DNA of 64,000 bases from Spirochaetia bacterium (GCA_965203905.1 CBDBDQ010000005.1:4992001-5056000), one strand, 5' to 3'; counted from the first letter of the stretch, positions 18,384 to 29,005 are shown. Notes: generated by a model from the letters alone, not told the origin. A program made the numbers and translations.

Positions 18384-21300
18384 AGGCCGACGCCACAACC
18401 GGCCGTGCCGGCGCGCCGCATCCGATCGCGACTCACCTCGTCAGGATCCAGTGGGGCTACTGGATGCTGTACGGCAACTACGGCGTCCAGCACGCGGACC
18501 ATAGCTGGGACGGCACGCTGACGGCCCGGGACGGAGAGATCCTGCGCTGCTGGCTGCTGGAGTTCAGCGGTTACGCGGGGCCCGGCCGCGAGAGCCTCCT
18601 GTCGCTGCCCGAACCGCGCTGGCACTGGCAGCCGGCGAACGCCAACAACCGGATGGGCGGCGTGGTGTTCGAGCTGCGCGGCGGCGCCGACTCGGTGGTG
18701 TCCTTCTGCACCAGGACCATCGACTTGAGCTTCTCCGTGGAGCAGCTCGTGGCACGCAAAGAACTACGCTTCCACGTGGGGCCGCGCTACAGCAACGTCG
18801 ACGTGATCGTGACGCTCGACGGCCACGATCCGGAACTGGATCAGGACCGCGACCTGGCGGTGCTGACGCGGGCCGACGGCCGCTTCCGGGCTCTGCTCCA
18901 GGCCGGGGCCATGCGCGCTCCCCTGCGCCGCTGGTTCCGGACCGACTGGGCGTGGGTCGTGCCGCGGGCCGCGGCGGAAGTCGAGATCCCGGCTCCCCGG
19001 TGGGGTCTCGCCAAGTCCTCCGGGGAGCGCTTCCTCAGCGTCACCATCCGCTGCGCCGCGGCATTCCCGGTGCGCCCGGGGGAGTCCCTGGAAGAGATCG
19101 TTGCGCGCGGCGGTGCCCGCAACCTGGCGGTTCCGCCGGACATCCACCGCGAGATCATCCTGCCATGGGAGGCATTCTTCGGCGATGAGCTGGTCGCCGA
19201 GGGGCGGCAGTTCTTCGCCTACCTGGGCAACGTGCCCCTGATGGAGGAGCTGACCGTCGCCCTTCCCGAGCCCCGCTTCGGATCGGGCCCCGACACCCTC
19301 ACCATCCGCAATGGCAGCGACGAAGCCCACCTGCTGGTCGCCCGCGCCTACCTGGAGGAGCAAGCCGCGGCCGAGCTTTCGGTCCACTGTCCGCGCTGGG
19401 TCAGGAAGGACGCGGAGTTCGAGGCGACCGTGACCTGCCGCGCGGAGCAGCAAAGCGCACGCATCCTCGCGCCAGGGTCGGTTCGCGTGCTCATGCCACT
19501 ACCCGAGCGGCTGCCCGCGGGAGAGCACCGGGTGAAGCTGAAAATCGACCAGCCGCTGGCCGAAGTGCGCATCGCGGTGGCCACGGAGTCCACCCGCGCC
19601 GAGTCCCGGATCGAGCAGGTGGTGGCCGCCGAGCCCGAGGCGCACCCGATGTTGGTGGGCCTGGAGGACAAGACCCTCCCCGCCAACTCACCCGGACACC
19701 GGGAGGAGGTGATCCGCCACATGGCCAGGACGCAGATGGCGGATCTGCTGATCTTCCGCCGCGGCCGCAACGTCGCGGCCACCGCGCAGCTCGCACGTCT
19801 CTGCCGCGAGCACGGGATCCACTGCCGGTGCACCCAGCCCATGGGCATCGACCGGTTCCACGCCATGCAGCGGGAGGCGGGGCCGTTGCTGCTGGGGTGG
19901 GAGTGGACGGAGCACGACGGTCCGCTCTGGGGATACATCCAGACGCCGCTGCCCTCCCGGCAGCCGGTCGCAAAGGCCACCATGCGCACGGCGTACGAGG
20001 CCTACCTCGATTACGTCCGCAGCCTGGTCGCGCGCGTCCGCCGCGCGGCACCCGAGACCAAGGTGTGGCTCATGGTCTCGGCCATCGGCCACAGCCTGGC
20101 CTACGCCGGCGGCATGGACGTCTGTGTCTCCCAGCTCAACAAGAGCCACAACGTGGCCCTGCTCTCCGACGCGCGCGGCGCGGCGCGGGCCCATGGCAGG
20201 GAGTTCTGGGGCAGCTACCAGGCTGAAGGTGCCCACGTCAACCCCGACGGGCCGCAACAACTCCGCATGTGGTGGCTGTCGCTGTACCTGGCCTACGCGG
20301 CCGGCGCGGGCACCGCGAACGACGAGGAGTGCCTCTACCGCACTTGGCACGAGCGCCTGTACGCCAGCGGCGAACGCGTGCCGCGTGAGCGGCGCCGGAT
20401 CCTGCGGGAGTTCAACCGCTACGTGAAGACACACCCCCGCCGAGGAGCGGTGCGCGTGCGCCAGGCGCTGCTGATCGGCAGGTACGCCTGCGACGTGGCC
20501 GACGGCATCGGCGCGGCGGACGCGCACGGGACCACGGCGCAGACCATGGTGTGGCGCAACTTCGGTGAGTGGACGCCGGCCTGGCGTCCCTCCCAGGCGG
20601 AATACGGCATGCGGCACCTCGACGTGTTCCTTCCCGGCGTGTGGCTGCAGACCCTGGTGCAGTCACCCGGCGACGTGCGCCGCTGGTATTCCGGCACTCC
20701 CTACGGAGAGATCGACTTCATCCCCGTGGACTGCGATCCCGGCGTGCTCGGCGAATACGCTCTGCTGTTCATGCTCGGCTGGAATACCGCGGACGACGCC
20801 CAGTACGGCAGGCTCAAGTCCTACGTCGAGGGCGGCGGCACGCTGTTCCTGAGCGTGCCCCACCTGACGCGGAACGAGGAACGGGGGTTTCTGTGGGACG
20901 GCCTGGAGCCGCTGAACCTGATCCGGGACGGGGACTTCGCCGATCTGTTCGGCGTGCGGGTCGCCGGTCGCGGGCCCGCCGTGGGCAACGTCGTGGCTGA
21001 AGCCGGCACCCGGGACAACCCGCTGGCCGGGTACGCCCAGTCCGCCTCGTTCTTCCGCCTCCCGCCGGTGCACCCGCTCCACGATCCCGCGTGTCTCGCG
21101 GAGGTCACGCTGGCCGGAGCCGAGGTGCTGGCTCGCGACGCGCAGAGCGGCAGGCCGGTGCTGGTCCGGCGCCGGCTGGGCCACGGCGAAGCGTACCTGC
21201 TGTGCACCTGGGCCTATCCCGGCAACTCGTGGCTCAAGCCCCTGGTCGACGACTTCCTGCGCGCCCTGGCCGAGACGGTGCCCGCGCCGGTGGCGCTGGA

Positions 21301-21787
21301 GGACGGCACCGGCGACGTGTACTACACGGTCCGGGTGGAGCCGGCGCGGTCCGGCACGGGGACATCGTCGGATCAGGCTCCGGCCCCGGGCCATCAGGTT
21401 TACCGTGTCCACCTCCTGAACACCGATTGGACAGCGGCCGGAAACGAGAAGGCGTGCCGGCTTCGCCTCGGCGCAGACCGCGTCGAAGTCAAGATCGGTG
21501 AAGGTCGACTGAGCGAAATCGTGTGGGCCGGTCCGCTGGCGTTCCTGGTCGAGGACCCCAAGGTCCACGTGGCCGGGCTGGCACGGACGGCCGGCGGTTA
21601 CACGGCCGCGGTGCACGGATACGGGCGCGCCGAGATCGCCGTGCAGGCCCTGGGCGAGCACCGCCTCGGCGCGGTTACCTGGCGTGGACTCCCCGTGACC
21701 CTGGAGCCCGAGGCCGGCTGGACTCGCGCTCGATTCGACTTCGCGGACCGCAGCACGGGAGAACTCGCAGTCGGGGTCTTGTTGTGA
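18380..21787 (+). CDS. Large uncharacterised glycoside-hydrolase-like protein (paralog of 3547..6825)
   Basis: Shares LRMWWLS.YLAY.AG, NDEE, WYSGTPYGE and HLLNTDWT blocks with the 1092-aa protein. Confidence 0.6.
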   Translation: MKADATTGRAGAPHPIATHLVRIQWGYWMLYGNYGVQHADHSWDGTLTARDGEILRCWLLEFSGYAGPGRESLLSLPEPRWHWQPANANNRMGGVVFELRGGADSVVSFCTRTIDLSFSVEQLVARKELRFHVGPRYSNVDVIVTLDGHDPELDQDRDLAVLTRADGRFRALLQAGAMRAPLRRWFRTDWAWVVPRAAAEVEIPAPRWGLAKSSGERFLSVTIRCAAAFPVRPGESLEEIVARGGARNLAVPPDIHREIILPWEAFFGDELVAEGRQFFAYLGNVPLMEELTVALPEPRFGSGPDTLTIRNGSDEAHLLVARAYLEEQAAAELSVHCPRWVRKDAEFEATVTCRAEQQSARILAPGSVRVLMPLPERLPAGEHRVKLKIDQPLAEVRIAVATESTRAESRIEQVVAAEPEAHPMLVGLEDKTLPANSPGHREEVIRHMARTQMADLLIFRRGRNVAATAQLARLCREHGIHCRCTQPMGIDRFHAMQREAGPLLLGWEWTEHDGPLWGYIQTPLPSRQPVAKATMRTAYEAYLDYVRSLVARVRRAAPETKVWLMVSAIGHSLAYAGGMDVCVSQLNKSHNVALLSDARGAARAHGREFWGSYQAEGAHVNPDGPQQLRMWWLSLYLAYAAGAGTANDEECLYRTWHERLYASGERVPRERRRILREFNRYVKTHPRRGAVRVRQALLIGRYACDVADGIGAADAHGTTAQTMVWRNFGEWTPAWRPSQAEYGMRHLDVFLPGVWLQTLVQSPGDVRRWYSGTPYGEIDFIPVDCDPGVLGEYALLFMLGWNTADDAQYGRLKSYVEGGGTLFLSVPHLTRNEERGFLWDGLEPLNLIRDGDFADLFGVRVAGRGPAVGNVVAEAGTRDNPLAGYAQSASFFRLPPVHPLHDPACLAEVTLAGAEVLARDAQSGRPVLVRRRLGHGEAYLLCTWAYPGNSWLKPLVDDFLRALAETVPAPVALEDGTGDVYYTVRVEPARSGTGTSSDQAPAPGHQVYRVHLLNTDWTAAGNEKACRLRLGADRVEVKIGEGRLSEIVWAGPLAFLVEDPKVHVAGLARTAGGYTAAVHGYGRAEIAVQALGEHRLGAVTWRGLPVTLEPEAGWTRARFDFADRSTGELAVGVLL

Positions 21788-21993
21788 GCTGCTGAAGTCC
21801 GGACCCCGTGTCGGATCGTGCGGTGCCGTCGGCACCCGCCCATCGTATACGGCTGAGAGTGAACCCGGAGGACAGCGTCTGTTTCGCGGTCCATCTGGGG
21901 AGATGTCTCGAAGAAGAAAGAGACGGCGCGTCTGACCACCTCGCGGATTCTCCGAACCAACTCTTCAGGCAACTGGTTCTGGGTCCAGGTGCA

Positions 21994-22308
21994 TCATTCC
22001 GCAACTTCAATCAATACTTCTGGATGCCGTTCTACTATTTTAAGAAGTGTCTGCGCCGCGCCGGAGGGCCTGCGCCGTCCCTGTTCCCACTGCTCCAGCG
22101 TGCGCCGGGAAACACCCAGCGCGGCGGCAAACTGCGCCTGGGAAAGACCGCTGTTGAGACGCACGCGGACCAGGCGGGACTTGAGCTGCACCTTCGTGCG
22201 TTTGCCCCCGCCTGCCTTGATCTCGCGCACGCCGTCCAGGACCTCCTGCCAAACATCGCGATCGGCCTCGAACTTGGCCAGATCCTTCCCAGAAAGCTTT
22301 TTACTCAT
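21994..22308 (-). CDS. XRE-HTH antitoxin (HigA-2-like)
   Basis: SGLSQAQFAAALGVSRRTLEQWEQGRRRPSGAA. Confidence 0.85.
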   Translation of the reverse strand: MSKKLSGKDLAKFEADRDVWQEVLDGVREIKAGGGKRTKVQLKSRLVRVRLNSGLSQAQFAAALGVSRRTLEQWEQGRRRPSGAAQTLLKIVERHPEVLIEVAE

Positions 22309-22354
22309 TTTGGAGTGCCTCCAACAACTGCTTCAGAATATGCGCAGGAACCGT
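22301..22354 (-). pseudogene. C-terminal remnant of a RelE/HigB-like toxin
   Basis: TVPAHILKQLLEALQNE* overlaps the antitoxin ATG; the rest is replaced by the duplicated segment. Confidence 0.65.
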
Positions 22355-22357
22355 GTG

Positions 22358-22961
22358 GGGCCAGGGCGAAGCGTACCTGCTGTGCACCTGGGCCTATCCC
22401 GGCAACTCGTGGCTCAAGCCCCTGGTCGACGACATCCTGCATGCCCTGGCCGAGACGGTGCCCGAGTCGGTGGCGCTGGAGGAGGGCACCGGCGACGTGT
22501 ACTACACGGTACGGATGGAATCGGCACGCTCTGGCACAGGGATGGTCCGCCCGCCGGACCAGGACCACGAGGTGTGCCGGGTCCATCTCCTGAACACGGA
22601 TTGGACGGCGGCCGGAAACGAGAAGGCGTGCCGCCTTCGCCTTGGCACAAACCGCGTCGACATCAAGATCGGTGAAGGTCGACTGAGCGAGATCGTGTGG
22701 GCCGGTCCGCTGGCGTTCCTGGTCGAGGACCCCAAGGTCCACGTGGCCGGGCTGGCACGGACGGCCGGCGGGTACACGGCCGCGGTGCACGGATACGGGC
22801 GCGCCGAGATCGCCCTGCAGGCCCTGGACGAGCATCGCCTCGGCGCGGTTACCTGGCGCGGGCGCCCCGTGAGCCTGGAGCCCGAGGCCGGCTGGACGCG
22901 CGCTCGATTCGACTTCGCGGACCGCAGCACGGGACAGCTCGCAGTCGGGGTCTTGTTGTGA
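22358..22961 (+). pseudogene. Duplicated 3' fragment of the 1135-aa GH-like gene
   Basis: About 200 aa matching the C-terminus of 18380..21787; no real start. Confidence 0.85.
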
Positions 22962-23125
22962 CCTGCTGAAATCCAAGACCCCGTGAGAGGCCTTGGCGCA
23001 CGCCTATGCTGGCGATTCGGGGAGCGTTATGCTGTGACGGCAAGATCAGACCGACCGGCCGCCGCCGGCTTCGTGGCGGTCGTGTCAATAACCGTGCTCG
23101 CGTGCCGTACGTAAGGAGCAAAACC

Positions 23126-24091
23126 ATGCCTGGTCTCACCGAGAGTCAGATCGCTCAGTTCACCGATGAGGGGTATCTGGTGCTCGATGACGTGCTTGAC
23201 CCTCGACAGGATCTCGATCCGGTGGTCGAAGAATACTCGGTCATCATGGATCGGCTGGCAAGAGATCTGTTCGCTGCCGGCCGGATCTCCTCCACGTACT
23301 CGGAGCTGCCGTTTGCCGAACGGCTCACCAGGATCCAGTTCGAGACCGGCGACAGCTACCACCAGCATTTCGATATCGCGCTACCCAAACGGGGTGTTGC
23401 GGAACGGACGCCGATTTCCGTCGGTCCGGCGGTTTTCAGGCTGCTCCGCAACGATACGCTGCTCGACCTCGTCGAGTCGCTCATCGGACCCGAGATCTTC
23501 GCCAACCCCATTCAACATGTCCGGCTCAGGCAGCCGGTCGCCAGCGCGCCCGGCGCTCCGGTGGCTGAGAGCACCGAGGCTGCTCCCGACTGGTTTCATC
23601 AGGACAACGCATTCATGATGCCCGAGGCTGACGCTACCGAAATGGTCACCGTGTGGCTTCCCTTGGTGGACGCAAGTGTGGAGAACGGCTGCCTCGCGGT
23701 GGTTCCGTTCAGCCACCGTGACGGGCTCATGCTGCACTGTAGTCCCGGCGTGACGATCCCGGCACAACTCACCCGTGGCGGCGAAGCCGTGCCGGTGCCG
23801 TTGCGGCGGGGTGGTGTGCTGCTGATGCATCGCCTGATGCACCATGGCCCGCTGCCCAACCACAGTGACACGGTTCGCTGGAGTTTCGATCTGCGCTACA
23901 ACCCCGCCGGCCAGCCGAGCGGCCGCGAGGTGCAGCCGGGCTTCATTGCACGCAGCCGGGCGCGGCCGAAAACCGAGATCCGCGACCCCGAAGAGTGGGC
24001 GGCGCTCTGGCACCGGACCCGTGCCACCCTGGCCGGGCAGCCTGATCCCGTCTACGAACGCTGGTCCTCCGATGACCCAGGATGCGCTTGA
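23126..24091 (+). CDS. Phytanoyl-CoA dioxygenase (PhyH) family Fe/2OG oxygenase
   Basis: HQD...H triad, ENGCLAVVP, RWSFDLRY; AAGGAG RBS. Confidence 0.88.
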   Translation: MPGLTESQIAQFTDEGYLVLDDVLDPRQDLDPVVEEYSVIMDRLARDLFAAGRISSTYSELPFAERLTRIQFETGDSYHQHFDIALPKRGVAERTPISVGPAVFRLLRNDTLLDLVESLIGPEIFANPIQHVRLRQPVASAPGAPVAESTEAAPDWFHQDNAFMMPEADATEMVTVWLPLVDASVENGCLAVVPFSHRDGLMLHCSPGVTIPAQLTRGGEAVPVPLRRGGVLLMHRLMHHGPLPNHSDTVRWSFDLRYNPAGQPSGREVQPGFIARSRARPKTEIRDPEEWAALWHRTRATLAGQPDPVYERWSSDDPGCA

Positions 24092-24126
24092 GCTAGCGCA
24101 CACCGGACGCCGCTATTCCATTATTA

Positions 24127-24477
24127 CTATCGAGCGGGATGCGGGCTCGGAGCCGGGGTGACTGCTTGTTTTTCGTCGCCAGGATCAGCGCCGATTGTTA
24201 TTCGCAGGTCCATTCCCAGTGCCCGGGTGATTCGCATGACGGTGGCAAACGACGGGTTGCCCTCCGTAGACAGAGCTTTATAAAGCCCTTGGCGGGTCAT
24301 GCCGACTTTACGGGCTAGGCTGCTCATGTTCCGCACTCGGGCGATGTCGCTGAGGGCGACGCGGATGAGGCTGCCGTCGCCCGGATCCTGCTCGGCGCAC
24401 GCTTCGAGATACAGGCGCGCCTCCTCTTCGTTACGGATGTACTCTGCCGCGTCCCATCGTCGGTACTCTCCACCCAT
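24127..24477 (-). CDS. Addiction-module antidote protein (HI1420-like HTH)
   Basis: WDAAEY, NMSSLARKVGMTRQGLYKALS.EGNPSFATV. Confidence 0.88.
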   Translation of the reverse strand: MGGEYRRWDAAEYIRNEEEARLYLEACAEQDPGDGSLIRVALSDIARVRNMSSLARKVGMTRQGLYKALSTEGNPSFATVMRITRALGMDLRITIGADPGDEKQAVTPAPSPHPAR

Positions 24478-24479
24478 GG

Positions 24480-24584
24480 TTACCTCCAGTCTTCTACCAG
24501 TCGCCTGGCGCGCCTGATGTCTCGTTGCTGGCTTCCCTTATCGCCGCCGCAGAGCAGCACAACCACAGCCGCCCCGTCCTCGAT
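24480..24584 (-). pseudogene. C-terminal remnant of the addiction-module killer (HI1419/RelE-like)
   Basis: IEDGAAVVVLLCGGDKGSQQRDIRRARRLVEDWR*; no 5' part. Confidence 0.8.
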
Positions 24585-24625
24585 GGGAGGCTGAGTGACT
24601 CGACTGATCGTATTACCACGCCGGG

Positions 24626-26359
24626 TCACAAGCACTCATCAAGCCAATCCAAAGACTTCGTGCCATTGTACTGATGGACGCCATGGAACAGGTCTACCTT
24701 CACTTTCTCGGGGCATTCGGCGATCTCGTACATCCCTCTGATATGGCGGTAGACGTCATTCTCAGCGATCCCCCGGTGATTCTTGACACCACGCTCCATG
24801 AGCAGATGTCGGGGAGCGATCAGCGAGCAGATCTCGTGGTTGTCCAGGTGCTCCAACAAGCCCGGTACGACGAGCGAGCCGCATTCGTATTGATGAAGCT
24901 GCGTGAATCGATAGTTGACGACGAAACAGGAAGCCACCGTCGCCTTGATCCGGGTATCCACGGCGGCGAAATACGGCGTGATCGAGCCGGCCAGCGAGAT
25001 GCCGGAGGTGCCGATCCGGTCCTTGTCGGCAGCCGAGTGTTCGATCAGGAAGTCCACGGAGCGCATGAGGTCGTACACCGTCATCGCCATAGTGTTGCGG
25101 CCAAAGGCGATAGCCCGTCTTGCCGTGAAATCGCACATGTGCTGGCCGAGATGAACATCCTGCTCCTGGACCCGAAACGAATCGCGCAGCAATGACGTAC
25201 TGAACTCGACCGGGTCGCTGCGCCGGTGATACCACCTGCTCTCAACGCTGAGCACTAGGTACCCGCGCCGCACACAGTCGAGAATGTACTCGCCGTGCGA
25301 GCCATCGATGCCCCCGTGCCCGCCGACGTATACGACCGCGGCCCCGCCCTTGAGCGGATTCCTGGGAGTGAACAGGAACACCGGCATCCACAGGTCCGGT
25401 TCGACCTGCAGCTCCAGGAGCTCCCTGGTGTAGCTGCCTTCATCCACGGTCATGATCGACTGCGGATCCAGGTCGCATGGCTCCGGCAGTTTACCCAGGA
25501 TGTCGAGTAGCGCCTGGCGTGTCCGCTGCTGCCAACGCTGGAACTCCGCCGGCGTGGTGCCGTGGAACTCGCACAAGCGAGGTTGGCTGTAGATTCGATT
25601 GAAGTAGTTGTACGACGACGTCCGCGGGTAGTAGTTGCTGACGAAGTGCCTGACCTGATCTATCTCGTTCGGACGTTTCCCGATCACTATCTCCTGTTCG
25701 CGGGGGTCTTCCGGAGCAGCCGCGGAGAGGGCGACCTTGATGCTCGAAAGCTGCGCCATTTCCGGACTGGTCAGTCGCAGGCTGTGCCTGTCCTTGGCGG
25801 TATGCCCTTCCTGTGCCAAGCATATTTTCCACGCGAGCAGATTCGGCCCCGATTCGAGGCCCACGCGGAAGATGTTCTCGTCTACGCCGTACGAGACCTT
25901 TGGCGCTGCCTGCATCCTGTCTACGACAGGTTGCCCATTCATCGAGATTGTAAATGCATAGTAATGGTCCGTCTCCAGCAACACGTCCTGGTCACCCTCG
26001 ACCCAGAGATAGGTAGCCGCATGCACGAACCCGACCTCCCGAGAAACGTTGGCCACCGCCCGCACCTCGTCGCCAGGGGTGCCTGCCACCAGCATTCTGG
26101 GGCGCAGGGCGTAGTCGTTCTCGATACGGTGGTACTTCCATTTCTGTGGGGCTTGTTCAGGGGAGTCGGGAGCGTCGATGTCATCCCGACGCAGCGATGG
26201 CTCGTAGATGAGCCAGTCGACGATGAAGCCGGGAATGCCGGCGATCGTCTTCAACGGGTAGGGTGGGCGGGGGAGAACCCTGTCGGCGAGCGCCTTGACA
26301 TTGATGGTGCCGGTTTCAGATTTGTAAGTAACGAGTTCCTGATCCACTGAGATTTCCAA
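24626..26359 (-). CDS. Alpha/beta hydrolase with N-terminal extension
   Basis: GGHGG, GISLAG nucleophile, LIAPRHLL, C-terminal His. Confidence 0.75.
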   Translation of the reverse strand: MEISVDQELVTYKSETGTINVKALADRVLPRPPYPLKTIAGIPGFIVDWLIYEPSLRRDDIDAPDSPEQAPQKWKYHRIENDYALRPRMLVAGTPGDEVRAVANVSREVGFVHAATYLWVEGDQDVLLETDHYYAFTISMNGQPVVDRMQAAPKVSYGVDENIFRVGLESGPNLLAWKICLAQEGHTAKDRHSLRLTSPEMAQLSSIKVALSAAAPEDPREQEIVIGKRPNEIDQVRHFVSNYYPRTSSYNYFNRIYSQPRLCEFHGTTPAEFQRWQQRTRQALLDILGKLPEPCDLDPQSIMTVDEGSYTRELLELQVEPDLWMPVFLFTPRNPLKGGAAVVYVGGHGGIDGSHGEYILDCVRRGYLVLSVESRWYHRRSDPVEFSTSLLRDSFRVQEQDVHLGQHMCDFTARRAIAFGRNTMAMTVYDLMRSVDFLIEHSAADKDRIGTSGISLAGSITPYFAAVDTRIKATVASCFVVNYRFTQLHQYECGSLVVPGLLEHLDNHEICSLIAPRHLLMERGVKNHRGIAENDVYRHIRGMYEIAECPEKVKVDLFHGVHQYNGTKSLDWLDECL

Positions 26360-26476
26360 GAAAGGCAGGCCGGGCTCGCGCTCAGCACGAACCCGGCCGA
26401 GGTGTTGATGGATGTGTCGGCAGTACGGACAAGTGGTACCCGTCCGCCTGCCGAGCTCTACCGTCCAGCCGGGCTG

Positions 26477-28051
26477 CTAGCTGTTGGCATCGTAGTACGC
26501 CTGGGCTTCGGCGAGAATCCTGTCGAGACCCGCGTTCAGCACCTCCTTGACGTAGCTGTCCCAGGTGGCATCGATGTCGACCGAGCCGGTTATCGCTTGC
26601 AGGCGATACTCCGTGATCTTCGAACTGACATCGGCGCCGTAGGTTACTTGTGACGGGAAGCTCAGGAAGTTGTGCAGCACTACGTCCTTGTACTTGTAGT
26701 CATTGTGGAGGTCGTGCAGTGCCAGAATGCCGTCTCCGTAGCGCAGCAGGTACTTCCACATGGGTTGGGCATGATACCAGAAGCTGCCGTATCCAATTCG
26801 TAGCTGTTCCTCTTTCGTGTTGTACGGCTCCTGCAACACCGCACGCCCGTCGATGACCTCGAAGTGGGTGCCCTCGAGCCCCCAGTAGATCAGCTTCGTG
26901 GCCTCTTCGTCGGCGACGTTGAGCTCCAGGTACTGCAGTATCTTGGCCGCCTTCTCGTCGGAGACGTGGGCGCCGACCCCGTAGCAATACCAGGTGCCGG
27001 CATAGCGCACGAATTCAGGCTCCTTGCCATCGTACCGGGTGATGGGCATGATGATTTCCATCTCCGCTCCCGGGATCGACGACAGCGTCAGGCCCCAGTC
27101 CCGGTCCGGACGATGCGGATACAGCCGGAAGTCGTTGCCGCCGGCCACGCCGATTGATCCGTTCGGCAGTACGCGCGTGAAGTTCTCGGTGTAGTGAGGC
27201 AGGACCTCGGGGTAGATGTATCCCTCCTCCCACAGCATCGCCAGGTACTTTATGTACTGCTTGTAGTCCTCGGTGATCTCCTGATAGGTCACCTTGCCGT
27301 CGGGTCCGACCGGAAAGCGTTCATCGTCGACGACAAACGCCTGCTTGACGGTCATGAACGTATAGTCGAAGGCCCCGCCGCCCATGGCGTTGAAGGCGAA
27401 CGCCCAGGTGTCGTTCTCGCCGTTGCCGTCCGGGTCCTCTTCCGTGAATCTGCGAAACACCTCGGTAAGCTCGTCGAGGGTGGTAGGCATCTCCAGGCCG
27501 ACGTTGTCGAGCCAGTCCTTTCTCAGCGCGGCCATCCTGGTCCACGTCTGAGTCGGAATGGGAGAGATGAACGCATAGACGCCATCGTCGTCGGTGATTC
27601 CCGGCACCTCCCGCCACATCCCGAATGAGTCTTCATCGAGGACTCTTACCAGATCCGGAGCATGCGTCGAGATGAAGTCGAAGGGTAGGTGCTTGTAGAT
27701 CCCTTGCTCGACCCAGGTACGGGTGTGTCCCAAGCCCATCGCAAGGTAGTCAGGAACCTCCCCGGCTGCAATCATCGCGGCGAAAGCCTCGGATGAGCCG
27801 CGCGCGGCCGGATCGGGTTGCACCCACGCCGACGTCAGCCGGATTCCGTAGCGCTTTTCAATCTCCTGCGCGACGATGCTGTCGGTGCTTGGGTAGTTCG
27901 GCTGGCCGCCGACCTGCACCGGGAAGTTCATCATAGTGATTTCTACGATGCCTTCGTCTGCCGCAGCCGTTCCTTCCTCCGCACCGGCCGCCAGCAGCGG
28001 CGTGCTCAGCAGCACGGACAACCCGCACGCTGCGATGAGTCGTTTTGTCAT
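26477..28051 (-). CDS. Carbohydrate ABC solute-binding protein (LplA-like)
   Basis: Signal peptide + AGAEEG; RKDWLDNVGL.MPTT; DPDGNGEND motif. Confidence 0.88.
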   Translation of the reverse strand: MTKRLIAACGLSVLLSTPLLAAGAEEGTAAADEGIVEITMMNFPVQVGGQPNYPSTDSIVAQEIEKRYGIRLTSAWVQPDPAARGSSEAFAAMIAAGEVPDYLAMGLGHTRTWVEQGIYKHLPFDFISTHAPDLVRVLDEDSFGMWREVPGITDDDGVYAFISPIPTQTWTRMAALRKDWLDNVGLEMPTTLDELTEVFRRFTEEDPDGNGENDTWAFAFNAMGGGAFDYTFMTVKQAFVVDDERFPVGPDGKVTYQEITEDYKQYIKYLAMLWEEGYIYPEVLPHYTENFTRVLPNGSIGVAGGNDFRLYPHRPDRDWGLTLSSIPGAEMEIIMPITRYDGKEPEFVRYAGTWYCYGVGAHVSDEKAAKILQYLELNVADEEATKLIYWGLEGTHFEVIDGRAVLQEPYNTKEEQLRIGYGSFWYHAQPMWKYLLRYGDGILALHDLHNDYKYKDVVLHNFLSFPSQVTYGADVSSKITEYRLQAITGSVDIDATWDSYVKEVLNAGLDRILAEAQAYYDANS

Positions 28052-28131
28052 CCTCACAACAAAACCTCCTGATGGATTTCCTGCCCTCCTACGAGGGCGC
28101 GGTCTCAAAACTCGCCAGACGACCCGTTCGT

Positions 28132-28998
28132 CTAGCCCTTGATCGATCCGGCAAAGACACCCTTGATGAAATACTTCTGCACCCAGGGATACACCAGCAC
28201 TATCGGTCCAATCGTCAGTATGATGTTCACCGCGATGATCGACTCCAGCAATACCGGCTCCTGGAAATCCAGGAGCAGCTCATCCACCGCCGACACTTGA
28301 TGCTGCAGAAGGATATTTCGCAGATACATCTGCAGCGTCACCAGGGCCGGCGTCGGAGTATAAATCATCGCGTCGAACCAGGCGTTCCAGTGCATTACGG
28401 CGATCCACAAGCCCAACGTGGCCACGATCGGCTTGCACACCGGCACTATGATCCTCGACAGAATGGTCAGGTACGTCGCGCCATCGATTTTCGCCGATTC
28501 CTCCAGCGAGTCGGGAACACCTCTGATGTAGTTTCGCACCAGAAATATGTAGAACGGAGAGAGCAGATTCACGAATATCAAGGCGATGATATTGTTGTAC
28601 ATGCCGAGACTTCGTACCAGCAGATACGTGGGAATCAATCCCCCTGAAAAAAACATGGTGAAGGTGAGCAGCATGGTCAGCGGCTTGTTCAGGGGCAACG
28701 TCTTGTGGGCGAGTGGATAAGCCGTCATGAAGGTCAGGGTTATCGACACGGTGACCCCGAGCACGGTACGAATAACCGTGTTTCGATAAGCGAGGAATAT
28801 GACGTCGTTCTCCAGCACGTGCAGGTAGTTGTCGAAGATGAACTTCTTGGGCCAGATCTTGAACCCGTACCGTCTCGCCTCGTGGTGTTCCATGAATGAC
28901 AGCACGAAGAGCTCCCAGAACGGATACAGCATGGTGAATGCAACGAACACCAGGAACAGGTAAAGCGTAACGTCGAATATCCCCAGCCTCCTGACCAT
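28132..28998 (-). CDS. Carbohydrate ABC permease (LplC-like)
   Basis: TMFFSGGLIPTY, LEESAKIDGA, YPWVQKYFIKG. Confidence 0.92.
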   Translation of the reverse strand: MVRRLGIFDVTLYLFLVFVAFTMLYPFWELFVLSFMEHHEARRYGFKIWPKKFIFDNYLHVLENDVIFLAYRNTVIRTVLGVTVSITLTFMTAYPLAHKTLPLNKPLTMLLTFTMFFSGGLIPTYLLVRSLGMYNNIIALIFVNLLSPFYIFLVRNYIRGVPDSLEESAKIDGATYLTILSRIIVPVCKPIVATLGLWIAVMHWNAWFDAMIYTPTPALVTLQMYLRNILLQHQVSAVDELLLDFQEPVLLESIIAVNIILTIGPIVLVYPWVQKYFIKGVFAGSIKG

Positions 28999-29005
28999 CG
29001 GGAGC

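Larger units (their letters stand above)
21178..22985. repeat. Diverged direct duplication of about 630 bp (21178-21810 and 22358-22985) bracketing a TA remnant
   Basis: Near-identical DNA covering the gene's 3' end plus about 23 nt past the stop. Confidence 0.9.
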
